Shown one piece after another: positions 52,591 through 64,000 of a stretch of 64,000 nt of DNA. Each line of letters opens with the position of its first letter. The stretch's first letter is position 1. The DNA comes from Vicugna vicugna (taxonomy: Eukaryota): assembly GCA_013265495.1 (NCBI GenBank), contig MU058687.1, positions 3,784,001 through 3,848,000 of the forward strand. The letters are read 5' to 3'. The notes beneath the pieces are model-generated. The model was not told where the DNA came from and did not search any database. It saw only the letters and a program-made list of their open reading frames with translations. A program made the position numbers and the translations under genes.

Positions 52591-55254
52591 CCTCACCTTT
52601 ACCCAACTTCCCACCTAGAAAATTTTTTACGTCTTGACCTATAATATTCTCTGCTAAGAAGTCTCTCTCAGTGAGGGTACATTTTCCCCAATGGAAATGT
52701 AATGGTTTCCAAATGGCTAAATAGAGAGGCCCTGTGATACAGAGGAAGGAGAAGTGGCTTAGCAATAAGGAGCTCTGGGTTCTAGCACACGTTCTGTGTA
52801 TCTGGAAGTACGGTCTGTCTTAAACCAAACGTTGATTTATTGGAAGGGGATAGAATCACTGGGAGCCTAAAGGAGCAGCCATTAAAAACAGGTAGGAACC
52901 AAGGAGACTTTGGGAGATTAAGCAGCAGGAACAATCTGGCCAGGCCTCTGCCATATGTGTGTGTGTGTGTATGTATTTGAGAATATTTGCTTGAGACTCA
53001 GAATTGGGTGAAGAGCATCTAATTTGTTGAGTGTATGTCACGTGTTCATGCCTTGGCTCTTAAGCATGGGAGATTATCCCCAATTCTGCTTAGCACATTG
53101 AAAGCCCAGTGGGGATTTGCTCCAAGACGAGAAGGGGACAGAATGCTGGATAACCACCTCCCCAGATGACAAGTATCTGCTAAGCTCTGAAGTCAATTAG
53201 CTGTGTGACTATGGGAAGTAATTCCTGACACTCATTTTATTTGTCTGTAACATGAGAGTTCTGTACCACATCAGCATTTTTTCAGCTTTTATTTCTTAAA
53301 CAACTGATCAATTGCATCTAGTGAAATATCTTATCTTACTTAGCTACCCAAGATGTAAAGCATGTGAAAGTAGACCAGTGCTGGTTGGAGGAGAGGGTGA
53401 GGGTGGAGGAAGATAACTTTGCTCAGTCTCTCCACCCCCTATCCTCTACACCCCTGCCCTGCCACTGCCTTTGGAAACTCCTGCGGGTACTTTCAGAATC
53501 CTCCAGGGTTCCCTGGAGCACAGTTTGAAAACCACTGTATCCTGCAATTGTTCCAATCTCTTTCAAATGTAACGCTTGGTGATTCCATAACTCCAGAACT
53601 TAGAATGACACTTATTTTACCTGTATTTGTCAGTACCCACTCTTGGAGGGGTAGTTTAAGACTTTGGTTATCTTGGTTCAGTGTTGAGCAAATTAGGCAG
53701 TTTGATTAAACTTGATTTTTTTTCATTCTCAAAAAATTTAAACCAGGGAAATAAAACCTTAGGGAAGTCCCAACATTTTTTCTATTTAATTGTCACTCTT
53801 TATTAGCCAATGGTTATCTCATAACTGATTAGAAGAATCTGCTAAAGAACTGAGAAGAAATGTGGTTCTAGTAAAACAAGGACTTCCCTTCCAAAAGACA
53901 CCGTACTTCACACAGACCATAAAGTTTCACCCACACCTAGGAAAAACAATAGAAGGAAAGGAAAGAAAGCAAAGTGCTAATAGGGGATACTTTTTGATAA
54001 TAGAGTTAAGGGCAAGTTTGATTTTTTTATTTCTTTGTGTTTTCTGAACGTTCAGCAACACATATGTATGTAACTCTTCTAATCATAAAAAAGTTATTAA
54101 GAACACATTTTTATTCAAAAGTAATTAAGTTAATTAAAAAGATTATTAAGTCAGCACAAAAATTGAAATTAATAGTGTTTAAAAATAGCATTTTATTGAC
54201 TTTAAACTCAATGAGCCAGTACAGATACAAATTTAAGAACCCACATTTCCTGAACTTATAATGGAGCCCTCTTACCCCTTCAATATGATGAATGCGCCTT
54301 ATTCTTCCAGAGACAGAAGACCAGTGATTAGAAAATATTCTGTATATGAGGTGGCTGGTGGCCATTCTTCTGGTCATCCACCTGGGGAAGGGTCCATTCT
54401 TTTGGATGCTAATGTCTGGCTCCATGCAGATGTTTAGATCAGCAGCAGATTCAACTTAGAAATCTAAGACTCAGTCTCCTTATTTCTTGGTACCATATCT
54501 AGACTGTATTTTAAGGCCTAGAAGGTAGGCCATTCTTTGTGCCTTTCCAATTACTGTAGTCTTGGCTAAATGACACCCACAAGGAGCACTTTACAAATGC
54601 AATGAGCTTCCAAGCTCATCTGTGACAATGTTAAAATGCACTTTGACTTTGACTCCTGTGAAAATCAAGAAGAGGGAAGAACAACTGAAGAAAACTCCTC
54701 TTCATTTTATTCCATTTTCTCCTCTACAAGATACTTTACAGTAATGAGATTTAACTGTACTGGCAAAATTTTTGAAAGTCCCATTTTCATTATCTGACTG
54801 TCTCTTTAAAGAGAGATGGGAGGATAATAGATGGATAGATACATGGAGGCAGGCAGAAATGGTACAGTAGTCAGAGAGATCTATATTCAGTTTATTATGT
54901 TTGATTTTTGGAGTTAATTGTTTTTGTCTTAAGATTGTCTTTTTCTTCCTCTTCCTCTCTTTGCTGGAATTTAAAAGGAGAGAGACAAAGGCAAAGAAAA
55001 ATCAATTTTAAAGTTTGCTTTCCAAAGTTGTTTCATGGTCTCAGTGGTCATTGCTTCAAACCCAGCACCAGACTGTCACATACAGTTGGCGTCATTGCGG
55101 CCCCTGTGATAAGGGCTCTTTGTGGCTGTAGGTGGAGGGAAGCATAGCAAGATGGGAGAGTGTAGCCTAGACCATCTCACCAAGAAACTAGAAGTCACAC
55201 TATAGGTTTTCATGGGCCTTTTTAATGTCAGATCCTGTGTTTCTGTCTAGCATG

Positions 55255-55460
55255 ACAATGCCTAATGTTTGCTTACAGAACACATTTGTGTTTGTCTTAT
55301 GTAATCCTCACTTACCTGCAAGTTAGACATGGCTGTTCTCATTTTATGGATGAACACACTAAAGGCTAGAATATATAAGTGACCAATATCACAAAGCTAC
55401 CAAGTGGTAGAGCCAGACTTCTGTCCCGGACTTTGGATTCTAAAGACAGTGCTATATTTG
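55255..55460 (-). mobile_element. MIR SINE
   Basis: taatcctcac...ctcattttatggatgaa...agtggtagagccaga. Confidence 0.65.
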
Positions 55461-56489
55461 CTATGCCCCTTGGCCATGAAGACTAGATTATGCATTATCT
55501 TGTTTTGGGGATTCTCTGCCATGTTCACCCCTAGATCCCAGTACCAGTGTAGCACTTCATGTGTAAGAAATGTCAATTCAAAGGCATTTTCTTCTTCAGG
55601 TGCTCTTTAACTTAATACTGAAAGAAATAGTGATTTACTGAGTTTGGAGAATGTCTTTTATCCTCATCAAAAAGACATACCAAATTATTTTGTTCCATTG
55701 GGGTTAGCTTCATGAACTCCTTTTTAAGTTATGCTAGGAGTGAGGTTATGGGACAGAAGGTGATCTTGATAATCTAATGGGAAACACATTCAGCTAGAAG
55801 ACCCCACACGACCTTGAAAGCAACCTTAAGTGAGTAACGTAGCCTCTTGGAATCTGTTCTCCTTTCCATAAAGGGCTTGGAAATACCTGCCCTTCACTCC
55901 CCATGGGGTTGTTTAGAGGATCTCAAGTTATGGAAGTGATGGACCAACTAAAGCCTTGGTTTCATGTGCACCGTGATTGAGTGTAGGGACGGGGGCTCCT
56001 GGCTGAAGCATGGCCCAAGTGGCTTCTCTCCTGGGGACGAAGGCAGCCTGTGAATAGCGCTCCTGGGCAATTCTTTGACAGACTGGTCTCTCTGGCTGCC
56101 TTCTACTCACATCTCGGTCCCTTCTCCCTGCTTCCAGAACATCTCTGACCCAATAAGGGCTCTTGCACAGTGATGTGGAGAGTGCTGGTGGCTGCTGCCT
56201 ACATTTCTGTGGTGCAAATGTTTATAATATATTCTTATGTATTTTCTTACTGATATAAATTATGTGGCCAGTTGAGTAAAAAGGAGTCAACGTACGGATG
56301 TCATAGCCAGAGCTGCATTCCTAGGTCATTTGATAGCTACACAATTTGGTTGGAGTAGAAGTTTTCTTAGACTTTTCTGCCCAATATCTGCAACATCCTC
56401 TTTCCCCATCAAAATGTAATTGACTCTCAAACCAGAGCTCACTCTAGGATTTTCCAAAGGAAAATGTCCCTTATTTCTAAGTGATATCT

Positions 56490-56690
56490 GATATCTGATA
56501 TGTGTCAGCTCAGGGCCAGATATGCTATGTGACCTCATTGAACAATTGACCAGCTGTGGTAGATGCTACAGTTGTTATCTCGCAGGTGAAGAAACCGAAG
56601 GTCTGGTTTCATAATGTGCCTGAAATCACCGAGCTAGTAAGTGTTTGATCCAAGATTTGAGCTTTGGTTTTCTGACTCCAAGTGTAGGAC
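56490..56690 (-). mobile_element. MIR SINE
   Basis: gcaggtgaagaaaccgaag...agctagtaagtg...tctgactccaa. Confidence 0.65.
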
Positions 56691-56849
56691 TATACTTAAG
56701 GCTTGTTGGGTGTACACTAGCCACAGTCAAGCAGAGTCCACACAGCTGTGGGCATCATTGTATTAGTCGTGAGCAAGAAACCAATTTGTAATCAACATTG
56801 TAATTGGTATTACAAATATATACTTGTGACAAACTATATTTTTTCTTTC

Positions 56850-57325
56850 AATTTTACTTCTTAATTTTATGATGTTCTTTGAGGGGCAGAAATACTTGCT
56901 TTTTTTATTTAGTAAAAATTATTGATTTTTTTTTCCTTTTACGATATTTCCAGTTGCTTCTTCTGTGTGTTGGAAAAGAGTTTCCCAACTCGGATGAGAT
57001 AAATATTATTTTGCATTTTATTATTATTTTTTAAATTTAACCTTTTAATCTTTATGAAATTTATTTTAGGCATAGAGTACTAAACTGAATTACTTCTTTT
57101 TGTTTTTCAAATTGCAAACTTTCCTAGAACAATCTATTAAGTAATTCATCTTATCCCTTTCTGATTTGTGGATTTCTGTATTACATAAAGTTTTATATAT
57201 ACTAGGCTGCTTCTGTGCTCAGTAATCTTTCAATGATGCTTGTAACAGTTTTATATTGTTCTAGCTGTTATTGCTTTATGGTACAGAGTAGTACCTGGTA
57301 GGGCATAATAAACCCTCCTTTATTA
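56850..57325 (-). mobile_element. Very old L1ME fragment
   Basis: T-rich degenerate L1 antisense (tttaatctttatgaaatttatttt; ctggtagggca). Confidence 0.5.
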
Positions 57326-57382
57326 TTCTTTATTTTTGTGCATACTGTTCAAAAAATGTAAGTGCCCAATAAGTATGTAGAG

Positions 57383-57612
57383 CAGGGGTTGTTAAACTTT
57401 GCCCCACCATCCTTATGGGGCCCACCACCTGTTTTTGTAAATCAAGTTTTATTAGAACACTACCACACTCATTTGTGTATATATTGTACATTTGTGATTG
57501 TGTACATATTCTTTGCACCACAATGGCAGAATTGAGTAGTTTTAACAGAGATTTTTTATGAACCACAAAGCCTAAAATGTTTACTATCTAGCCCTTTACA
57601 GAAAGTTTGCGG
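57383..57612. mobile_element. MER58A DNA transposon
   Basis: caggggttgttaaact...ccacctgtttttgtaaatcaagttttatt...aaagcctaaaatgtttactatctagccctttacagaaagtttgc. Confidence 0.88.
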
Positions 57613-59319
57613 ATCAGACCTAAAAGATTCGGGATAGGAAGCAGATAGGAAACCAGTGCCACGAGGTCTAGATCCCACTTCTTGGACCATGCCACACATT
57701 CCAAGTGGGAGTTTGGCTGTGTGCTCCAATGTGTTGTATCTCTGCCTTCACTTCCTCAGTAAGGGGAAAGTTGGTCTTCCCATTAGCTATATTGTTGTTT
57801 TGATAGCAAGCATTTCTTCTCAATCTGACTTCTGTCTACAGCCCTGGACACATCTTTTGGGGGGTCATCAGTATACCTAGTGTTAACCTAAACAAACTAA
57901 CAGCCACAAAAATTGACTGCTTGAAAGATGATTTCATAGCCAGTGAAGTGAGTATTTTAGATAATCCACCTCTTTAATGATCTCATCACATTTCCTCTCC
58001 ATTTGCCCAGATACACAGAAGCTGATTTTATGTCTGTATTAGCTGCGGGCTCAAGATAGGGGAGTGTGAGTTACTTTGATGGGAGGAATGAGAGGTATGG
58101 GCTCATGAAAGGCAAGAAAGGTCACTGAGAAGGTTAATTCTTCAAGCATGTGGTGATATCTCAAAGACCCTGCAGGACCCTTCTCTGTGGCAGGTATGGG
58201 CCATGTGCTTATGGAGTGCTTGAAGGATTTTAACATGAGACTTCTGTGGATTTTAAAAAACTGAACAGTGATATCTCCACAAGGGCAGACCATACCCTGC
58301 AGCAAATACACAAGCCTCTGTTTGGTTGTTTATTTTTATGACAGCTTTGAAACTCTGGCTTGTCTCCGTGAGAAGTGCCAGTCTTCTCCGTGTGGTCTGG
58401 AATGGGCTTTTATGCACTCAGCAGCATGCTATGAAGGACTGTTATAAACTGGTCAGAGTTCCATGAGAGGTTGACAGGAACACCTAAAAGGTTGTGTGTG
58501 CACGTGTGTGAATAAGTGCATGTGCAAGCCCACACATGCACAGAGAAGAGATAGAAAATAAAAAAGAAAAGAAAAAGTAAGTTTTTAAAGGTCACATGTA
58601 TTTTCTGGTGTGGTCTCAGGATGCTGGAGAGGAAAAATGTGTTGGTGCAGGTTCATGCAGAAATAACTATTTTCACAGGAACCAAGAATTAAAAAAATTT
58701 TTTTACTGTATTATTTTTCACTGTCTCAGAATGGAAGGATGGGGTGTGGTTTCTCCAGCCTCAAGACATTTCCCTCCTTCAAACTGTGCAAGAATTGATT
58801 ACATAGGGATGTGACATCTCTGTGCTGAAGGGCAGAAATTGAGGAGAAGGGGAAGCCAAGGGGAAGGAAAGGATGCATGTAAATAAAGAGGGAAAGAGAG
58901 ACCGATGAGAATGGGAATAGGAACAGCAGTGTTGCAGAGATCCACTAATGAGAAATGTGGTTTGATGATAATCTTTCCAGAGGACTTTGGTCTTACAAAA
59001 AGCCACTGGCTGAAAAATATGTCAAGATATGCAGCAGAGACGGGTATAGGTTTGCTGTCCAGAGCTCCACTGTGGTGATGTTGACAGAGAGAGGTTTGAC
59101 TTTGTTGAGCATGTGTGCTCAGGGATAGGTGTGTACTCTTAACTCTGCCACCCACTGTTACTGAATGTATGCACATCCCTTGGAGATCATAAATCCTAAA
59201 AGTTAGTAAGAGCTCAGGGACTAACCTGCCACCCAGGGTAGAAATTCTATCCCGTGATACTTCGGACAGAACGGAATTATCGAGTTCTTTGATCTTGAAA
59301 GAAGCTTAAACCCTAGAGT

Positions 59320-59560
59320 AGCAGCTAAGATTGTGGGCTTTAGGGTCAGAAGGTCTAGATTTGAGTGTATGTTGCCCCGTGTCCTGGCTGTGTCCTTGGG
59401 GAGCTTAGTTCAATCAACCTCCTAAGCCTAAATGAGCCTATAAAATGAGGATGCTAATAGCATCTACCATTTTGGAATGTGATTAGGATTCAGTGAGATG
59501 ACATAAATTGCTTAACACAATGCTCCCTATGTGGCAAGAGCTCAGTAAGTGTTATCCATT
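59320..59560 (+). mobile_element. MIR SINE
   Basis: tgggctttagggtcaga...gctgtgtccttggg...taaaatgaggatgctaatagcatctacc. Confidence 0.8.
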
Positions 59561-60214
59561 ATGAATTTATTATTATCATCACCTTTAGTATTATTTTGGA
59601 TTATCTATTTTTATTATCTTTTGTAGTCTCTTCATTTTAGAAATGTGTCCATCTGGAAGAAGGAGTCATCTCCAGTAGTGGACTGCAACAAGAAGACCTT
59701 GAATCTAGGAGAAGGTCCGGTGAAAGTGTTTAGTGTCAGCACCTCTTTGAAAGTTGATTGGTTGTAATTTAGGTACTATCTCTTTCTTCAGACCAAAAGT
59801 GCATCACATAGGATAAAAGAATAATATTTTGCCAAAGATGGTGCCCAGGCTTTGAACATAATAAAAGGACATGATTTACTTTTGGGAAGAGTGAGGCTAA
59901 ATGTTAAAGCCATTTTATTTATTGAAAGGATAATTGTAATTCCTTGAATACTGTAAAGTGGGTAGAAGAAGGGGAGATTAGATGGGCTTTATCTTTGAGA
60001 ATCTGAGGCCTGATGATGAGTTAGAAGGAAGTTCTGCTTCTCAGAGCCCTATATGTTTCACTAATCTATCAGAAAAGAGAAACCCATTCTTTGGTGATTA
60101 TGCCTTGTAAATAGGGGCAAGGCTTATTTTACATCCAGAGAGTTCCAGGGAAAAGACCTAACCAGTGAAGTAATCGGAGAATATGGGAAGCTTCCCCTAC
60201 CCCCATCTTTAAAA

Positions 60215-63200
60215 TTAAACTTTTTATTTGAGATAATTGTGTATTCACATGCAGTTATCAGACATGCTACAGAGCGATCTGAGAACCCTTTACATGGTTT
60301 CCCCCTGCAGTAACATCTTGCACACCTATTGCATGATACCACAGCCAGGATGTTGACTTTGATATAGTCAAGGTACAGAATATTTCCGTCACCACAAAGA
60401 TCTTTCAAGTTACCCTGTTATAGCCAAACTCACTTCCCACACATCTCACCTCCTCCTTAAACCCTGGCAACTAATCTCTAATGGAGAACTAACCCATTGT
60501 CCATTAGTATAATTTTGCCATTTCAAAAATGCTACACAAATGGAATTATGTATTATGCAACCTTTGGGACTAACTTGATTCACTTAGCAAAATATATGCC
60601 ACAGTGTGTTTAAGCACTCACCTACTGAAGGATATCTGGGCAGTTTCCGTATCAGGCTATTATGGAAAAAACTGGTATAAATATTTCTGCACAAACTTTT
60701 ATGACAGCATACATTTCCACACTGCTGGAATACTACTAGTGCAGTTGCTAGGTAGTTGCATGTTTAGATTTTTATGAAATAGCCAAGTGCTTACCAGAGT
60801 GGCTGAATGATTTTACGTCCCCACTGGCAATATGTGTATGATTCACTTTCTCCACATCTTTGCCAGTACCGTGTTGTCACTGTTGTTTATTTTAGTCACT
60901 CTGACAGGTGTGTGGTTTTAATATGCAGTTACCTAGTCGCTAATGATGTGGACCATCTTTTCATATTCTTATTTGCCATCTGTATATCCTTTCTGATGAA
61001 ATATTTCCTCAGGTCTTTTGCCCATTTTCTTAATGGATTTTTTTTTAACTGGTGAGCTTTGAGATTTCTTTATATAGTCCAGATACTAGTCCTATGTTAA
61101 GAGACATAGTTTGCAAATGTTTTCTCCTATTGTGCCACTTTGTTTTTTGGTCCCATTTATGTGGTCTTTCACAGAACAAGAGTTTATAATTTTGATGAAG
61201 ACCGGTTTATCAAGTTTTCCTTTTATGAATTATGTTTCTTTTTGTGTCAAGCCCAAGAATTCTTTGCAGAGCCCTGTATCCTGAAGATTTTCTCTTATGT
61301 TTTTTTCCTGAAAATTTTATACTTTTACATTTGACTTTTAAGTCTATGATCCATGTTGAGATAATTTTTGTATAAAGAATGAGACAAGTCGAGGTTCAGT
61401 TTTTGCCTGAACATATGGGTGTACAATTTTCCAGCACCATTTGTTGAAAAGGCTATTTTTTTCTTCCACTGAATTGCTTGTGCACCTTTGTCAAAAATTG
61501 GTTGAGCATATTTGTGTAGGTCTGCTCATGGGTTCTCTATTCTGTCCATCGGTCCGTGTGTCTATCCCTCCACCAGTACCATGCTGTGTTGATTAGCTAT
61601 ATACGTTTTGAATTAGGTAGACTGATTCCTCCCACTTCATTTTTCTTTTTCAATGTTCTTTTAGCTATTCTAGTTCCTTTTTTATTCCAAATAAATTTAA
61701 AATAATCTTGGTTCTATCTACATAAAGAATATCACTGGAGTTTTGACAGAAGTCCTGTTACCTGTTTGACAACTTGGGGGAATTGAAATCTTTGCTATGT
61801 TAGGTTTTCCAATTCCTGAACATAGTACATGTTTCTTAAGAACATGTCTTTTAATTTATTTTTTTCCATTAGCACTGTGTATTTTTCAACTGCAAGTCCT
61901 GTTAGATTTATATCAAGTACTTAATTTTTTGAGCAATTGTAAATGGTATGTTTTTAAAATTTTCGTGTCCATATGTTCATTGTTAATATATAGAAACACA
62001 ATAGATTTTTGTATGTTTACCTTGTGTCCTGTGACCTTGTTGGACTCACATGTTAGTTCAAGATGTGTGTGTGTATGTGTGTAGATTAGTTGGGATTTTC
62101 TACATAGAAAATCATTTTATCTCCAAATAAGGACAGTTTTATTTCTTCCTTCAATTCTGTATGCATTTTCTTTTCTTCTCTTGCCTTACTTCACCGGCAA
62201 CAATTTCCAACACCATGTTGAATAAGAATGGCAGCACATCCTTGTCTTGTTCCTGATCTTCAGGGGGGAGCATTCAGTTATCCACCATTGTTAGCTGTAG
62301 GCTTTTTATGGATGTTCTCTATCAAGAGAAAGAAGTTCCCCTCTATTCAAGGTTTTCTGAGAGTTTTTTTTTAAAACATCATGAATTGGTATTAAATTTT
62401 GTCAGATGCTTTTTCTGCATCAGTTGATATGATAATGTGATTTTTCTTTGTTAAACTGGGAGCATGGTGGATTACACTGATAAGTTTTTGAATATTGAAC
62501 CAACCTTATATCCTTGGAATAAACCCCAGCTGGTCATGGTGTATAGTTCTTTGTATATATAGCTAAATTCTATTTGCTAATATTTTGTTAAGGATTTTTG
62601 TGTCTATGTTCACGAAGGATATTGATCTGCAGTTTACTTTTCTGTACTATCTTTGTCTCATTTTGGTATCAGAGTAATGCTATTTCATAAAATGAATTGG
62701 AGTGTTGTCTGTTTCAGGAAGGTATTATAGAGAATTAATGTTAATTATTTAACTTTTTGGTAGAATTCTCTAGTGCAAACATCTGGTCCTAGAGATTTCA
62801 TTTTGGGGAGTATTTTAATTTTTGATTCAATTTCCTGAATACTTATATGACTTCAGGTTATTTCATACCAGATGATTTGTATAGATACTGTTTTTTGAAG
62901 AATTGGTCTATCAAATTTAAATTACCAAATTTATGTATGTAGAATTGTTTATAGTACTCCTTTATGAATTCTTTCAATGTCTGAGTGTTTATGGTGATAT
63001 CTCATATTTCATTTGTAACATTGATATTTTGTGTCTTCTCTCTTTTTTCACTGTCAGCCTTGGCAAGAGGTTTTCCCAATTTTATTGATTGGTTCAAGGA
63101 ACCATCTCTATTTCATTGACTTTCTACATTGTGGGGGTTTTTTTCCCATTTTTATTGGTTGTTACTCTTATCTTTCTTTGTTCTTCTTTCTTCTTGCTTT

Positions 63201-64000
63201 GGATTTATTTGCTCTTTTTCTGGAGATGTGAGATGTGGGAGCTAAGCCTAAGATGTGAGCCTAAGATGATTGATTTGAGACTTTCCCTCTTTTGTGTATT
63301 TGCAGTTAGTGCTATAAATTTCCTTCTCAGCACTGCTTTAGCGCTGTCCCACAGATTTTGATATGCTGTGATTTTATTTTACTTCAATTTAACATATTAT
63401 TTGATTGTTTTTGAGAATTCTTTTATTACTCATGTATCATTCAGAAGCGTCCTGGTCCTGCTTAGTTTACAGCTGTTTGGAGAATTTCTTTTTATTATTT
63501 TATTAATTCTTTCTAGTTTGATTCCATTTTGGTTGGCAAGTGCACTCTGTATGATTTCAAGTCTTTTACGTTTGTTGAGGTTTGTTTTATGGCTTGCAAT
63601 GCAGGCTGTTTTGAGTATTGGGTTTCCATGAATACTTGAAAATAACGTGTAATTTTTTGCTGTTGGGTGGAGTGTTCTGTAAGTGTCAGTTAGATACTGC
63701 TGGTTGATGGTGGTGTTCAGTTCTTCTACATTCTTGTGATTTTCTATTTACTTGTTCAATCAATTGTTGAGAAGTGGGTATGTAGTTTCCAAATATAATT
63801 GGATTGGTCTATTTTCTCCTTTCAGTTTTAACAGTTTTTGCTTCACATATCTTGCAGCTCTGTTGTTTGGTACATTCACACTTAGGATTATGTATTCTTG
63901 GTGGAATGACCCTTTTTCATTATACAATAATCCTTTCTATATATGGTATTTTTTGTCCTGAAGTCTAATTTGTCTGATATTAATAGAAGTCATTCTTGCT
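60215..64000 (-). mobile_element. L1MC1-3-like LINE (3' UTR and degraded ORF2), runs off the window end
   Basis: tttttatttgagataattgtgtattcacatgcagtt...gtaacatcttgca 3' end; ttccagcaccatttgttgaaaag; catccttgtcttgttcctgatctt. Confidence 0.9.

Noticed and set aside
54276..54381. Possible minus-strand exon (cccttccccag acceptor, GG|gtaaga donor)
   Set aside because: Translations match nothing I recognise and the pyrimidine tract is weak; splice-like signals occur often by chance. A non-coding exon cannot be excluded.
59641..59730. Possible plus-strand exon after a ttcattttag acceptor
   Set aside because: No strong donor and no recognisable peptide.
63224..63268. Short imperfect repeats agatgtg/gcctaagatg in L1MC
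   Set aside because: Local slippage inside a decayed L1; no further structure.

Overview
Mammalian non-coding genomic DNA (intergenic or deep intronic), rich in ancient repeats: MIR, L2, MER5/MER3/MER53/MER58/MER45 DNA transposons, MLT1 and MER21 LTRs, and old L1M. Several younger L1 3' ends and a Tigger1 derivative look cetartiodactyl-type. I saw no Alu, B1/B2, Bov-B/Bov-tA or PRE-1 SINEs, so a camelid is a plausible but inferred source. The only recognisable protein-coding sequence is an intronless RPL27A retrocopy (30846..31292) with an intact ORF, poly(A) tail and target-site duplication. No host-gene exon could be recognised. Notable structure: a ~2 kb near-identical tandem duplication (18578..22564), an overlapping ~140 bp duplication, a perfect 157 bp tandem duplication (all three may be assembly artefacts), a tiny L1 tail with an apparent 3' transduction, nested TE insertions with readable TSDs, and several repeat-free enhancer-like blocks. 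I found no convincing evidence of a novel biological system. Repeat family names and boundaries are from recall and by-eye reading and are approximate.
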